Assembly: GCA_043757405.1 (NCBI GenBank)
Contig: JAYVPI010000005.1
Span: 76,529 to 100,528 of the forward strand
Length of the DNA stretch: 24,000 bases
Direction of reading: 5' to 3'
From: Alphaproteobacteria bacterium
GTDB lineage: Bacteria; Pseudomonadota; Alphaproteobacteria; Rickettsiales; 21-14-0-20-44-7
Part shown: positions 16,329 to 24,000 of the stretch, in pieces
How positions within the stretch are numbered: the first letter of the stretch is position 1
How the letters are laid out: the number at the start of each line of letters is the position of its first letter
Position numbers and translations under genes: made by a program
Notes under the pieces: model-generated
Database searches by the model: none
What the model was told of the DNA's origin: nothing
What the model saw: the letters and a program-made list of their open reading frames with translations, nothing else

Positions 16329-18005
16329 ATGGACAATGGGGGCGTAAAAATTATGGGCGCAAGTATAACATTATTAAACTTGGCAGGCAGCGTGGCCTTG
16401 CTTCTCTGGGGTCTGTATATGATCCAGAGCGGCATCATGCGTGCTTACGGTACGGAAATCCGCCGCTTCCTCGGTGTTGCCCTGCGTAACCGCCTCAAAG
16501 CCTTCTTCGCCGGTTTATTCGCGACAATGTGCCTCCAATCATCAACCGCCACAGGGTTGATGGTCACATCCTTCACCTCCTCGCGCCTAGTCGGGCTGGT
16601 TCCCGCATTGGCATTGATGCTCGGCGCCAATGTCGGTAGTACTATCATCGTTCAGTTACTTTCATTTGATATCAAACAAATGGCGCCATTCGTTGTGCTT
16701 GTCGGCGTTGTCCTCTTCAAGAAAAGCTCACGCACCCATATCCGCGATTTCGCCCGCGCCGTGATCGGCCTTGGCTTGATGTTGTTTGCGCTTCAGCACA
16801 CTGTAGCATTGCTGAAACCGGCGGAAGATTCTGAAAGTATAAAATTATTACTCAGCTCCATCGCCCAGGATCACATTCTTGATATGTTATTTGGTGCGAT
16901 CCTCACCTGGGCCATGCATTCAAGTATCGCGGTTGTGCTAGTATCAATATCATTCGCCACCCAAGGTTTGATCCCGATCGACGTTGCCTTTGCATTAGTG
17001 CTCGGTGCCAATTTGGGCAGCGCGATCAACCCGCTGATCGAAAGCAACTCCAACGGCAACCCGGCCTCGCATCGCCTGCCATTTGGCAATCTCATCAACC
17101 GCGCTACCGGCTGCCTCATCTTCATCCCGCTTCTTGATTTCACTGATAAACTGCCTGCGGAATATAAAACGGATCTCCCACGCGCAATTGCCGGCTTCCA
17201 TACATTATTCAACGTCACAATGGCGCTGATCTTCCTGCCCCTACTGCCGTCACTGGCCAAACTTTTACAGCGCGTGCTGCCTGATAAAGTCTCCACCATC
17301 GATCTTTCCGAGCCCCTATATCTTGATCCGCGCGCGGTGGAAACCCCGGGCCTGGCCATCTCCAATTCCGCGCGTGAAACCTTGCGCATGGCCGATCTGG
17401 CAGAGAAAATGCTGCAAAACGTAATGCAATTATTCGCCACTGGTGACCGCAAAAAGCTCGGTGAGATCAGCAAGATGGATGATGTGATGGACAAGCTGAA
17501 CCGCCAGATCAAAGTTTATGTCACCGGGCTTAAAATGGATAATTTGAGTGAAGCCGATATCAAACGCGCCAGCGAAGTGATGAGCTTTGCCACAAATCTT
17601 GAACATATTGGTGACGTTATCAGCACGGATTTAGTAAAAATCGGCGCCAAGAAAATTGAGCGCAAAGCGATGTTTTCCAACGAAGGTTGGGGCGAGTTGC
17701 GTGCGATGATGGAACGCGTCACCGCCAATGTGCGCCTGGCATCCTCCGTATTCATGACCCGCGAACTCCGCTCCGCCAAACAATTAATGGCCGAAAAAAG
17801 CAACATGCGCGATATGGAAACCGAAGCTACCGAAATGCACTTTAAACGCCTGCGTGAGGGCAGGGCGGAAAGCATCGAAACTAGCACGTTACACCTCGAC
17901 ATCGTCCGTGATTTGAAACGCATCAACTCGCACCTGACAGCCACTGCAGTTTATGTATTACAGGAACACGGCGCATTATTGCCAAGCCGGATGAAGGAAG
18001 AATAG
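16329..18005 (+). CDS. Na/Pi-cotransporter II family protein with C-terminal PhoU-like domain
   Basis: LLLWGLYMIQSGIMRAYG, MCLQSSTATGLMVTSF, MLGANVGSTIIVQ, MHSSIAVVLVSISFATQG, LGANLGSAINPLIE, then a helical PhoU-like region. Start may be 16353 (MGASITLLNLAG). Confidence 0.92.
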   Translation: MDNGGVKIMGASITLLNLAGSVALLLWGLYMIQSGIMRAYGTEIRRFLGVALRNRLKAFFAGLFATMCLQSSTATGLMVTSFTSSRLVGLVPALALMLGANVGSTIIVQLLSFDIKQMAPFVVLVGVVLFKKSSRTHIRDFARAVIGLGLMLFALQHTVALLKPAEDSESIKLLLSSIAQDHILDMLFGAILTWAMHSSIAVVLVSISFATQGLIPIDVAFALVLGANLGSAINPLIESNSNGNPASHRLPFGNLINRATGCLIFIPLLDFTDKLPAEYKTDLPRAIAGFHTLFNVTMALIFLPLLPSLAKLLQRVLPDKVSTIDLSEPLYLDPRAVETPGLAISNSARETLRMADLAEKMLQNVMQLFATGDRKKLGEISKMDDVMDKLNRQIKVYVTGLKMDNLSEADIKRASEVMSFATNLEHIGDVISTDLVKIGAKKIERKAMFSNEGWGELRAMMERVTANVRLASSVFMTRELRSAKQLMAEKSNMRDMETEATEMHFKRLREGRAESIETSTLHLDIVRDLKRINSHLTATAVYVLQEHGALLPSRMKEE

Positions 18006-18023
18006 GCGATATTTTCAAACGTC

Positions 18024-18497
18024 CTAACCGCGCACCGCCGCTTCAATTTTAGCGACATCAATTTTTTGCATATCCATCATTGCCTCGAACGCCCGCTTTG
18101 CTACGCCGCCGCCTTTTGCCATCGCATCAGTCAGGACGCGGGGTGTGATTTGCCATGACAGGCCCCATTTATCCTTGCACCAGCCGCACTGGCTTTCCAC
18201 GCCGCCATTGCCGACAATCGCGTTCCAATATCGGTCAGTCTCTGCCTGGTCGTCGGTGGCAATTTGAAATGAGAACGCCTCGCTGTGCTTGAATGCATCC
18301 CCGCCGTTGAGGCCGATACACGGCACGCCGCACACTGTGAATTCAACTGTTATAACATCCCCCGCCTTGCCGCTTGGGTAGTCGGATGGCGCGCGGTGTA
18401 CAGCGCCGACCTTACTGTCGGGAAAAGTTTTGGCATAAAAATTCGCCGCTTCTTCCGCGTCATGATTATACCACAGGCAGAGTGTATTTTTTTTCAT
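18024..18497 (-). CDS. VOC/glyoxalase-superfamily PhnB-like protein
   Basis: LCLWYNHDAEEAANFYAKTFPDSKVGAVHRAPSDYPSGKAGDVITVEFTVCGVPCIGLNGGDAFKHSEAFSFQIATDDQAETDRYWNAIVGNGGVESQCGWCKDKWGLSWQITP. Confidence 0.88.
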   Translation of the reverse strand: MKKNTLCLWYNHDAEEAANFYAKTFPDSKVGAVHRAPSDYPSGKAGDVITVEFTVCGVPCIGLNGGDAFKHSEAFSFQIATDDQAETDRYWNAIVGNGGVESQCGWCKDKWGLSWQITPRVLTDAMAKGGGVAKRAFEAMMDMQKIDVAKIEAAVRG

Positions 18498-18523
18498 TGT
18501 CGCTTTCCTTTAATCGAGTTTTG

Positions 18524-18898
18524 TTACTGGAAATCCGCCATCTCTAATATCGGCCTGATTTCGATTTCACTTGGCCCCGGCATGGGATTTGGGCAGCGCT
18601 TCACCCATGCAACGGCCTCATCCATATCCTTAACTTCCCAAAACCAGTATCCCGCGACCAACTCACGAGGATGCGCAAAAGGCCCGTCGATAACCGTACG
18701 GCCCGCACCATCAAACGCAACACGCTTACCCGCGGATGAAGGCTTAAGCCCGTCACAATCCCCATCTTTCATAATGCCGGCCTTAACCAACTCGTCATTA
18801 AATCGCCCCATTGCCTCTATCAACTCCTTCATCTCAGGGGTCATAACAAAGCCTTTCTCACTACTTTCAGTAGCCTTCACCAGAACCATCACACGCAT
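18524..18898 (-). CDS. YCII-related (YciI/DGPF) domain protein
   Basis: MRVMVLVKATESSEKGF...GRTVIDGPFAHPRELVAGYWFWEVKDMDEAVAWVKRCPNP...EIEIRPI. Confidence 0.88.
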   Translation of the reverse strand: MRVMVLVKATESSEKGFVMTPEMKELIEAMGRFNDELVKAGIMKDGDCDGLKPSSAGKRVAFDGAGRTVIDGPFAHPRELVAGYWFWEVKDMDEAVAWVKRCPNPMPGPSEIEIRPILEMADFQ

Positions 18899-19190
18899 TG
18901 CTTTTCTCCTTGCTTTTCATTTTTGCAAATTTGCTATCCACGCATTATTTACCGAGAAATATCAATAAACAATATCCAACTGCTACAGGGTTATAAAAAC
19001 TAATTCCGAAATAGTGCCCTACGGAAGAGAGGTTGGCTAAGCAACTCATTGATAAAGATAGTCTTTAAATTTACGCTTTCAAATTATGCTGACGTTCACG
19101 CTGGCGGATTTCGCGGTTGTAGGCGATAGCGTACGGAATGCGTGCAAAGAAGAACTGAATTCTAGTTAATTGCATTCATAGCACTGCTTC

Positions 19191-19967
19191 TTATCCGCGG
19201 CCTTGTCTATTCATGATCCGCTCCGCTTCCCGCATCATTTCCCTGATCTGATTTTTTGCTTCCGGATGAGCAGCTTGAAGTGTTTTTATGCCTTCAGTTG
19301 CTACTTCTTGACCATGTGCTTCCTTTATACGTAACAAGGTGCAGGATAATATAAAACCACCTATTCCTTCAAAATCCCATGGTTGTTCAGCCAGAAAATC
19401 AAAGGCTGCTTGCGGATGCTCTATACCAAGACCAGCGAATACTAATAAGGCGCCTTCAGGAAGCTGTTTATGCTGCTTCAACCAGAAATCCTCACTGGCG
19501 CTATAACCAAAGATATTGGCGAGTAAATTTAAAGCCCTGTATTTGGAATCTAACGGCACATCAGGCCCATCTAAAAGCGGCAGTAATTTATTTTGCAACT
19601 TTACTTTATCCTGCACGGATAAATGTTCACCTATGGATTCAGTGAAAGCGAACATCTTTTCTGCATGACCATGTCTTTGGATCGGCTGCCACTCCTCCGG
19701 TTGCCGCAGCAATTCATCGAATGAGGCGGCCACTGCATCTGCAAAACAGGTTTTTACTTCGGTGCGAAACTCTGAGAAACTATTCAGCGTCCAATCGATG
19801 ACGTTGCCAATATCAACACTACTGGCACAATAATCTCCTAAAGGATCTTGAAACTGCTCTTTCAGCCATGCTTGGACATCGCCAGCATTCATTTTGTCAA
19901 ATGCGTTAAACGGAACATCACCGATCTTAATTCCTTTCGGCTTTTGGATAGTTTCGTCTGGAGACAT
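19191..19967 (-). CDS. Hypothetical protein, 258 aa, predominantly helical
   Basis: Long ORF with coding-like composition; no recognised family. Confidence 0.6.
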   Translation of the reverse strand: MSPDETIQKPKGIKIGDVPFNAFDKMNAGDVQAWLKEQFQDPLGDYCASSVDIGNVIDWTLNSFSEFRTEVKTCFADAVAASFDELLRQPEEWQPIQRHGHAEKMFAFTESIGEHLSVQDKVKLQNKLLPLLDGPDVPLDSKYRALNLLANIFGYSASEDFWLKQHKQLPEGALLVFAGLGIEHPQAAFDFLAEQPWDFEGIGGFILSCTLLRIKEAHGQEVATEGIKTLQAAHPEAKNQIREMMREAERIMNRQGRG

Positions 19968-20027
19968 TAGTACCTTCCTTAATAATTGGTTAACAATAGC
20001 TACAAATTGAAGGATTGCAAATGATAA

Positions 20028-20435
20028 TTTGGCAGTTGCAGCATAGACCTCTTAACTTGTTGGGCTCAGTACAATTTGCCATTAGAAGGTAATCTTTTAA
20101 ATCGTTTGCCAGGCTCTCTAGCATCATGGTTAGAGATCGGCGCCAAATGCATAATCTATTCGATGTCATGTGCTAAAACTTTAGCAAAGGAAATGTCACA
20201 AATTCTTAATAATATTAAGGCATAAGGCCTTGCTGCTACGATAGCCTTAAGATATAACCAGAATAAGTCCTTGGTGTTACGTATTTCTTTGGAAAATAAT
20301 GAGCGCACACTCGCACCGCAATCGTTGCAACTATTGCATGTAGAAAGTATAAAGCCATTAAAAATTGAAATTATGCAAAATATTGAAAGTAAGTGCTTAC
20401 GGCCATCCGATCCTATCCCGCCATCCCAATCTTAG
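20028..20435 (+). pseudogene. Possible decayed gene: one reading frame with a single internal TAA at 20223-20225
   Basis: Frame reads ...CWAQYNLPLEGNLLNRLPGSLASWLEIGAKCIIYSMSCAKTLAKEMSQILNNIKA*GLAATIARYNQNKSLVLRISLENNERTLAPQSLQLLHVESIKPLKIEIMQNIESKCLRPSDPIPPSQS*. Confidence 0.2.
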
Positions 20436-20440
20436 ATAAA

Positions 20441-20866
20441 ATGACCGAATCGCGCTGGATAATATTTGCTTTAGGTTCTGCCGTATTTGCGGCGGCGACG
20501 GCTATTTTTGGCAAATTGGGGGTAAATGAAATAAACTCCAATCTCGCCACATTTATTCGTACGGCGATCATCCTTATTATGGTCGCGGTTATCATTACCG
20601 TTCGCAAAGAGTGGCAGCCGGTTGGAAAAATTCCGGCATTTAGTATAATCATGCTGGCGTTTTCCGGCATTGCCACCGGCTTGTCATGGCTTTGTTATTA
20701 TCGCGCCCTGCAGCTTGGCAACGCTTCCAAAGTTGCGCCGGTTGATAAGCTTAGTGTTGCTTTGGTGATAATATTCGCTGTCATTTTTTTGGGTGAGCAA
20801 TTCACTTGGAAATTAGTCATTGGCGGCGGCGCGGTGATATTTGGCATTATAGTTTTAGCTATATAA
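20441..20866 (+). CDS. Single-EamA-domain (DMT superfamily) transporter-like membrane protein
   Basis: About 141 aa; WIIFALGSAVFAAATAIFGKLGVNEINSNLATFIRT...GIATGLSWLCYYRALQLGNASKVAPVDKLSVALVIIFAVIFLGE. ATG at 20441 preferred to the GTG at 20393. Confidence 0.85.
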   Translation: MTESRWIIFALGSAVFAAATAIFGKLGVNEINSNLATFIRTAIILIMVAVIITVRKEWQPVGKIPAFSIIMLAFSGIATGLSWLCYYRALQLGNASKVAPVDKLSVALVIIFAVIFLGEQFTWKLVIGGGAVIFGIIVLAI

Positions 20867-20898
20867 CAAATTCATCAGTTAATTAGGCATCTATTCTA

Positions 20899-21555
20899 AT
20901 GAAAGTTTTATTGGTGGAAGATGATATATTGTTGGGAAAAGCTTTGGAAACTGGCTTGAAACAAGCTGGCTACATGCCTGAATGGGTGCGTGATGGTGAA
21001 AGCGCCATATTATCAATTGATGCGAATAAATATAATGTTGTGCTTCTTGATATAAACTTGCCGCTACTTTCCGGTTTGCAAGTACTTAAAAAGATCAGGG
21101 CATCGGCGAAAACAATTCCAGTAATTATTATGACCGCCCGTGATTCTACAGAGGATAAAATTGAAGGCTTAGACCTTGGCGCGGATGATTACATCATAAA
21201 ACCTTTCGAATTGCCCGAATTATGGGCGCGGGTAAGAGCAGTAGTGCGACGCAGCCAAGGGCGTGCCAATTCAAATCTTATATGCCGCGATGTGGAAATT
21301 GATACCGCCGCAAAAATTGTGAAAAAGAACAATGAATGGGTAAAACTTACCCCGAAAGAATATCAGGTATTAGTTTTGTTGATGGAACATGCTGGCAAGC
21401 TTATGGGCAAAAGAGAAATTGAGGAGCATCTATATGCATGGAACCAGGAGATTGAGAGCAATACTGTAGAAGTCACGGTTTATGCTATCCGCAAGAAATT
21501 GGGCAAAGAATTGATTACTACCATGCGCGGCATTGGTTATATGGTTAGCCCATGA
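20899..21555 (+). CDS. Two-component response regulator, OmpR/PhoB family
   Basis: Receiver domain (LLVEDDILL, VVLLDINLPLLSGL, GADDYIIKPF) plus winged-helix C-terminus. Confidence 0.95.
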   Translation: MKVLLVEDDILLGKALETGLKQAGYMPEWVRDGESAILSIDANKYNVVLLDINLPLLSGLQVLKKIRASAKTIPVIIMTARDSTEDKIEGLDLGADDYIIKPFELPELWARVRAVVRRSQGRANSNLICRDVEIDTAAKIVKKNNEWVKLTPKEYQVLVLLMEHAGKLMGKREIEEHLYAWNQEIESNTVEVTVYAIRKKLGKELITTMRGIGYMVSP

Positions 21556-22922
21556 TGAATCCATCTTTGAAGATGCGGCTGCTAAAAAGCCTTATCCTCC
21601 CCATAACTATATTGGTGATGTTGCTGGGAGTGTTATGTTATTGGAGTGCCCAAGATGAGGTCGGAGAGGTCTATGATTCGCAATTAATTACTGCAGCAAA
21701 TGTTTTGGCGCTTATCAGTAAAAATAATAAATCACCCGTACATGGGATAAAAATCGATTCGCATATTGTTGATTTAGATAAAGATGATCAGCATGTATTA
21801 AACGAATACGCAAAATGGAGATCATTTAAAATTTGGCATAATGGTAAATTGGATATTTATTCAGGCAATTTGCCTAATACGGCCCCAAAACCATTAAGCA
21901 AAGGGTTCTCCGATATTACTATAGATGGCTCTAATTGGCGTGTATTTACACTTTATTTGCCTAGTGATAACACAATTGTTGAAGTATCGGAGAAACGCGA
22001 GGCCAGGGATGAGATAATTGGCAATTTGCTGTTTGGCATGTTAGTGCCATTGTTGCTGGCGTTTCCTTTCGTAATATTTTTGGTGTCGAAGGCGCTTCAA
22101 TTTGGCTTGCGCGATTTGCAAAGATTCGCTGATTTAATAAAAATTCGCTCTCCGAATGATTTATCTCAGATAGGAAAAACGGAAACGCCTAGCGAGGTAT
22201 TACCGGTAGTTGAAGCGATTAATCTGCTACTGGCCAAACTGGAGTCATCAATGGCCTATGAGCGTTTGTTTACCGATAACGCTGCCCATGAGTTACGCAT
22301 GCCTTTGGCGACATTAAATATTCAGATGCAGGTTATATTAAATGCTAGGACAGAGGCCGAGCGCAAAAGTACTGTGCTGGAACTTGCCAAAGGCGTCAAC
22401 CGCGCGTCCCATCTGCTTGACCAGTTGTTAACTTTGGCAAGGGTAAGAAATCAATCCATTAACAATGCGCCGCTAAATCTGCATGAATGCATAAAAGAAG
22501 TTATTGAGCATTTGGCGCCAATGGCAGGGAAAAAAGATATTGATCTGTCATTTTCCGGCGAGGAAAATCTTATCATAAATTCCAATAAAATCTTATTTTC
22601 GATATTGCTTAATAATTTAATTGAAAACGCAATTAAATATTCCCCGCATGATGGTAGGGTTGAAGTGGAGATTAAAAGGGAAGACAAAGAGGCTATTTTA
22701 ACGATAACAGATAATGGCCAGGGTATACCAGTTAGTGAATATGAAAACGTATTCAAACGGTTTTACCGTTTACCTGGTATTATTGAACAAGGCAGTGGGC
22801 TTGGGCTAGCGATCGTCCAACAAATATGTGAATTGATGGGTATAAAAGTGATGCTGTTTAAGCCCGAAAGTGATTCCGGGCTTGGGGTTAAGCTGGTGAT
22901 GGTTGATATTAACTGGCAATAA
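21552..22922 (+). CDS. Two-component sensor histidine kinase (QseC-like architecture)
   Basis: Two TM regions, H-box FTDNAAHELRMPLATLNIQMQ, N-box NNLIENAIKYSPHDG, G-box ITDNGQGIP and GSGLGLAIVQQICELM; ATGA overlap with the regulator. Confidence 0.94.
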   Translation: MMNPSLKMRLLKSLILPITILVMLLGVLCYWSAQDEVGEVYDSQLITAANVLALISKNNKSPVHGIKIDSHIVDLDKDDQHVLNEYAKWRSFKIWHNGKLDIYSGNLPNTAPKPLSKGFSDITIDGSNWRVFTLYLPSDNTIVEVSEKREARDEIIGNLLFGMLVPLLLAFPFVIFLVSKALQFGLRDLQRFADLIKIRSPNDLSQIGKTETPSEVLPVVEAINLLLAKLESSMAYERLFTDNAAHELRMPLATLNIQMQVILNARTEAERKSTVLELAKGVNRASHLLDQLLTLARVRNQSINNAPLNLHECIKEVIEHLAPMAGKKDIDLSFSGEENLIINSNKILFSILLNNLIENAIKYSPHDGRVEVEIKREDKEAILTITDNGQGIPVSEYENVFKRFYRLPGIIEQGSGLGLAIVQQICELMGIKVMLFKPESDSGLGVKLVMVDINWQ

Positions 22923-22969
22923 TCTGAATTTTTCAGTTTTCCATCAGTTTGGGTTCGTAAACTAGTGTC

Positions 22970-23749
22970 ATGTCACAAAAAGAGCTTTCCAGAATCCGGC
23001 AAAATAAAGTTCCGGAAGTAACTATCGCATTCTGGATAATTAAGATTGCCGCAACGACTCTTGGTGAAACGGGAGGCGATGCCGTGTCTATGACTATGAA
23101 CCTTGGCTATTTAGTTGGCACAGCGATTTTCCTGCCGATCTTTATTATTACATTTTTGGCCCAGATACGGGCAAAATCCTTTCATCCGTTTTTGTATTGG
23201 TCAGTGATTGTTGCCACCACTACCGTAGGTACGACTATGGCAGATTTTTTCGACCGCTCGCTAGGGGTGGGATATACCGGAGGCTCATTAATTTTATTCA
23301 CCGCCTTGCTCGCAACACTTGGTTTATGGCGTTATTGCATAGGTTCGGTTTCAGTAAACAATATTATATCTCCAAAAGTCGAAACATTTTATTGGATAAC
23401 AATATTATTTTCAAACACGCTTGGCACCGCATTGGGTGATTTTTTATCAGATGCAACCACATATGGCTATGGAATTGACGTACTGTTTTTTGCTGTACCT
23501 TTAGTTTTAATAGCTGCTGCTTTTTACTTCACCAACATATCCAAAACACTGCTTTTTTGGACTGCATTTATTTTGACAAGGCCGCTCGGCGCTACTGTTG
23601 GCGACCTCCTGACAAAACCTATTGAGCATAGCGGGCTAAACCTTGACCGGATTACCTCTTCCGGGGTTATCGCATTATTTATGATTATTTTTATCCTTCT
23701 GATTCCACAGAAGGCTGGAAGCCATTCACACAAGCCACAACCAATATAA
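22970..23749 (+). CDS. DUF347-repeat (COG4705-like) multi-pass membrane protein
   Basis: Four internal repeats with TTLGETGGD, TTVGTTMAD, NTLGTALGD, RPLGATVGD, each next to TM segments. Confidence 0.88.
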   Translation: MSQKELSRIRQNKVPEVTIAFWIIKIAATTLGETGGDAVSMTMNLGYLVGTAIFLPIFIITFLAQIRAKSFHPFLYWSVIVATTTVGTTMADFFDRSLGVGYTGGSLILFTALLATLGLWRYCIGSVSVNNIISPKVETFYWITILFSNTLGTALGDFLSDATTYGYGIDVLFFAVPLVLIAAAFYFTNISKTLLFWTAFILTRPLGATVGDLLTKPIEHSGLNLDRITSSGVIALFMIIFILLIPQKAGSHSHKPQPI

Positions 23750-23787
23750 TTATAGAAGCTATCCAAGCGCCATTGATGCTCATCATT

Positions 23788-24000
23788 ATGCCAACAATTT
23801 ACAAACTCATAGCTGGAAAAGAAAAATATATATATCAATGGATTGTCGGGAAAAAATTTCATTTTCATATTCGCAAATATAAAGTGGCGGCATGCTTAGC
23901 TATTTTAATTATTTTAAGCGGATGCGCGACTAAAGCGGAATTAGCGGATGAAGATGAATTTGAACAAAGGGATTTTTTAAAACCGGTGAACGAGCCGATA
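23788..24000 (+). CDS. Partial lipoprotein at right edge, possibly MlaA/VacJ-like
   Basis: Open frame absent from the track: MPTIYKLIAGKEKYIYQWIVGKKFHFHIRKYKVAACLAILIILSGCATKAELADEDEFEQRDFLKPVNEPI...; lipobox LSGC. In-frame alternative ATG at 23776. Family assignment weak. Confidence 0.5.
   Translation, partial: MPTIYKLIAGKEKYIYQWIVGKKFHFHIRKYKVAACLAILIILSGCATKAELADEDEFEQRDFLKPVNEPI

Noticed and set aside
18285-18968. 227-aa plus-strand ORF
   Set aside because: Lies antisense to the well-supported PhnB-like and YCII-like genes; its composition is explained by the opposite-strand coding frame.

Overview
Window from an alphaproteobacterium-like chromosome. It looks mostly like ordinary housekeeping and accessory genes, densely packed, and I saw no intact mobile element, CRISPR array, tRNA or rRNA. 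Recognisable genes are argD (partial at left edge), a membrane-anchored metzincin-like protease, an ABC-2 permease, tadA, two tiny membrane proteins, ettA, a YejA-like peptide-binding protein coupled to an SPFH/QmcA-like protein, a class IV aminotransferase, an AAA/RecA-like ATPase, a GYF_2 membrane protein coupled to hflX, rpsD, a ferritin-like diiron protein, a Na/Pi-cotransporter, VOC/PhnB-like and YCII-like proteins, an EamA-like protein, an OmpR-type regulator plus histidine kinase, a DUF347 membrane protein, and a partial lipoprotein at the right edge. The most interesting signals are non-coding or repeat-like: (1) three loci with 7-bp-period tandem arrays in inverted orientation (2927-2987, 7554-7638, 15351-15407), one of which encodes the N-terminus and signal peptide of a protein; (2) two copies of a GTCATTGCGAG...CTCGCAATGAC palindromic element, one of them in frame inside the hflX G domain; (3) a compact multi-hairpin region between convergent genes (9921-10018); (4) a 136-codon frame interrupted by one TAA (20028-20435). 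I see no convincing complete novel defence-type system. The best accessory candidates are a possible BECR-fold nuclease-like small protein (9515-9892) and the nearby orphan AAA ATPase.
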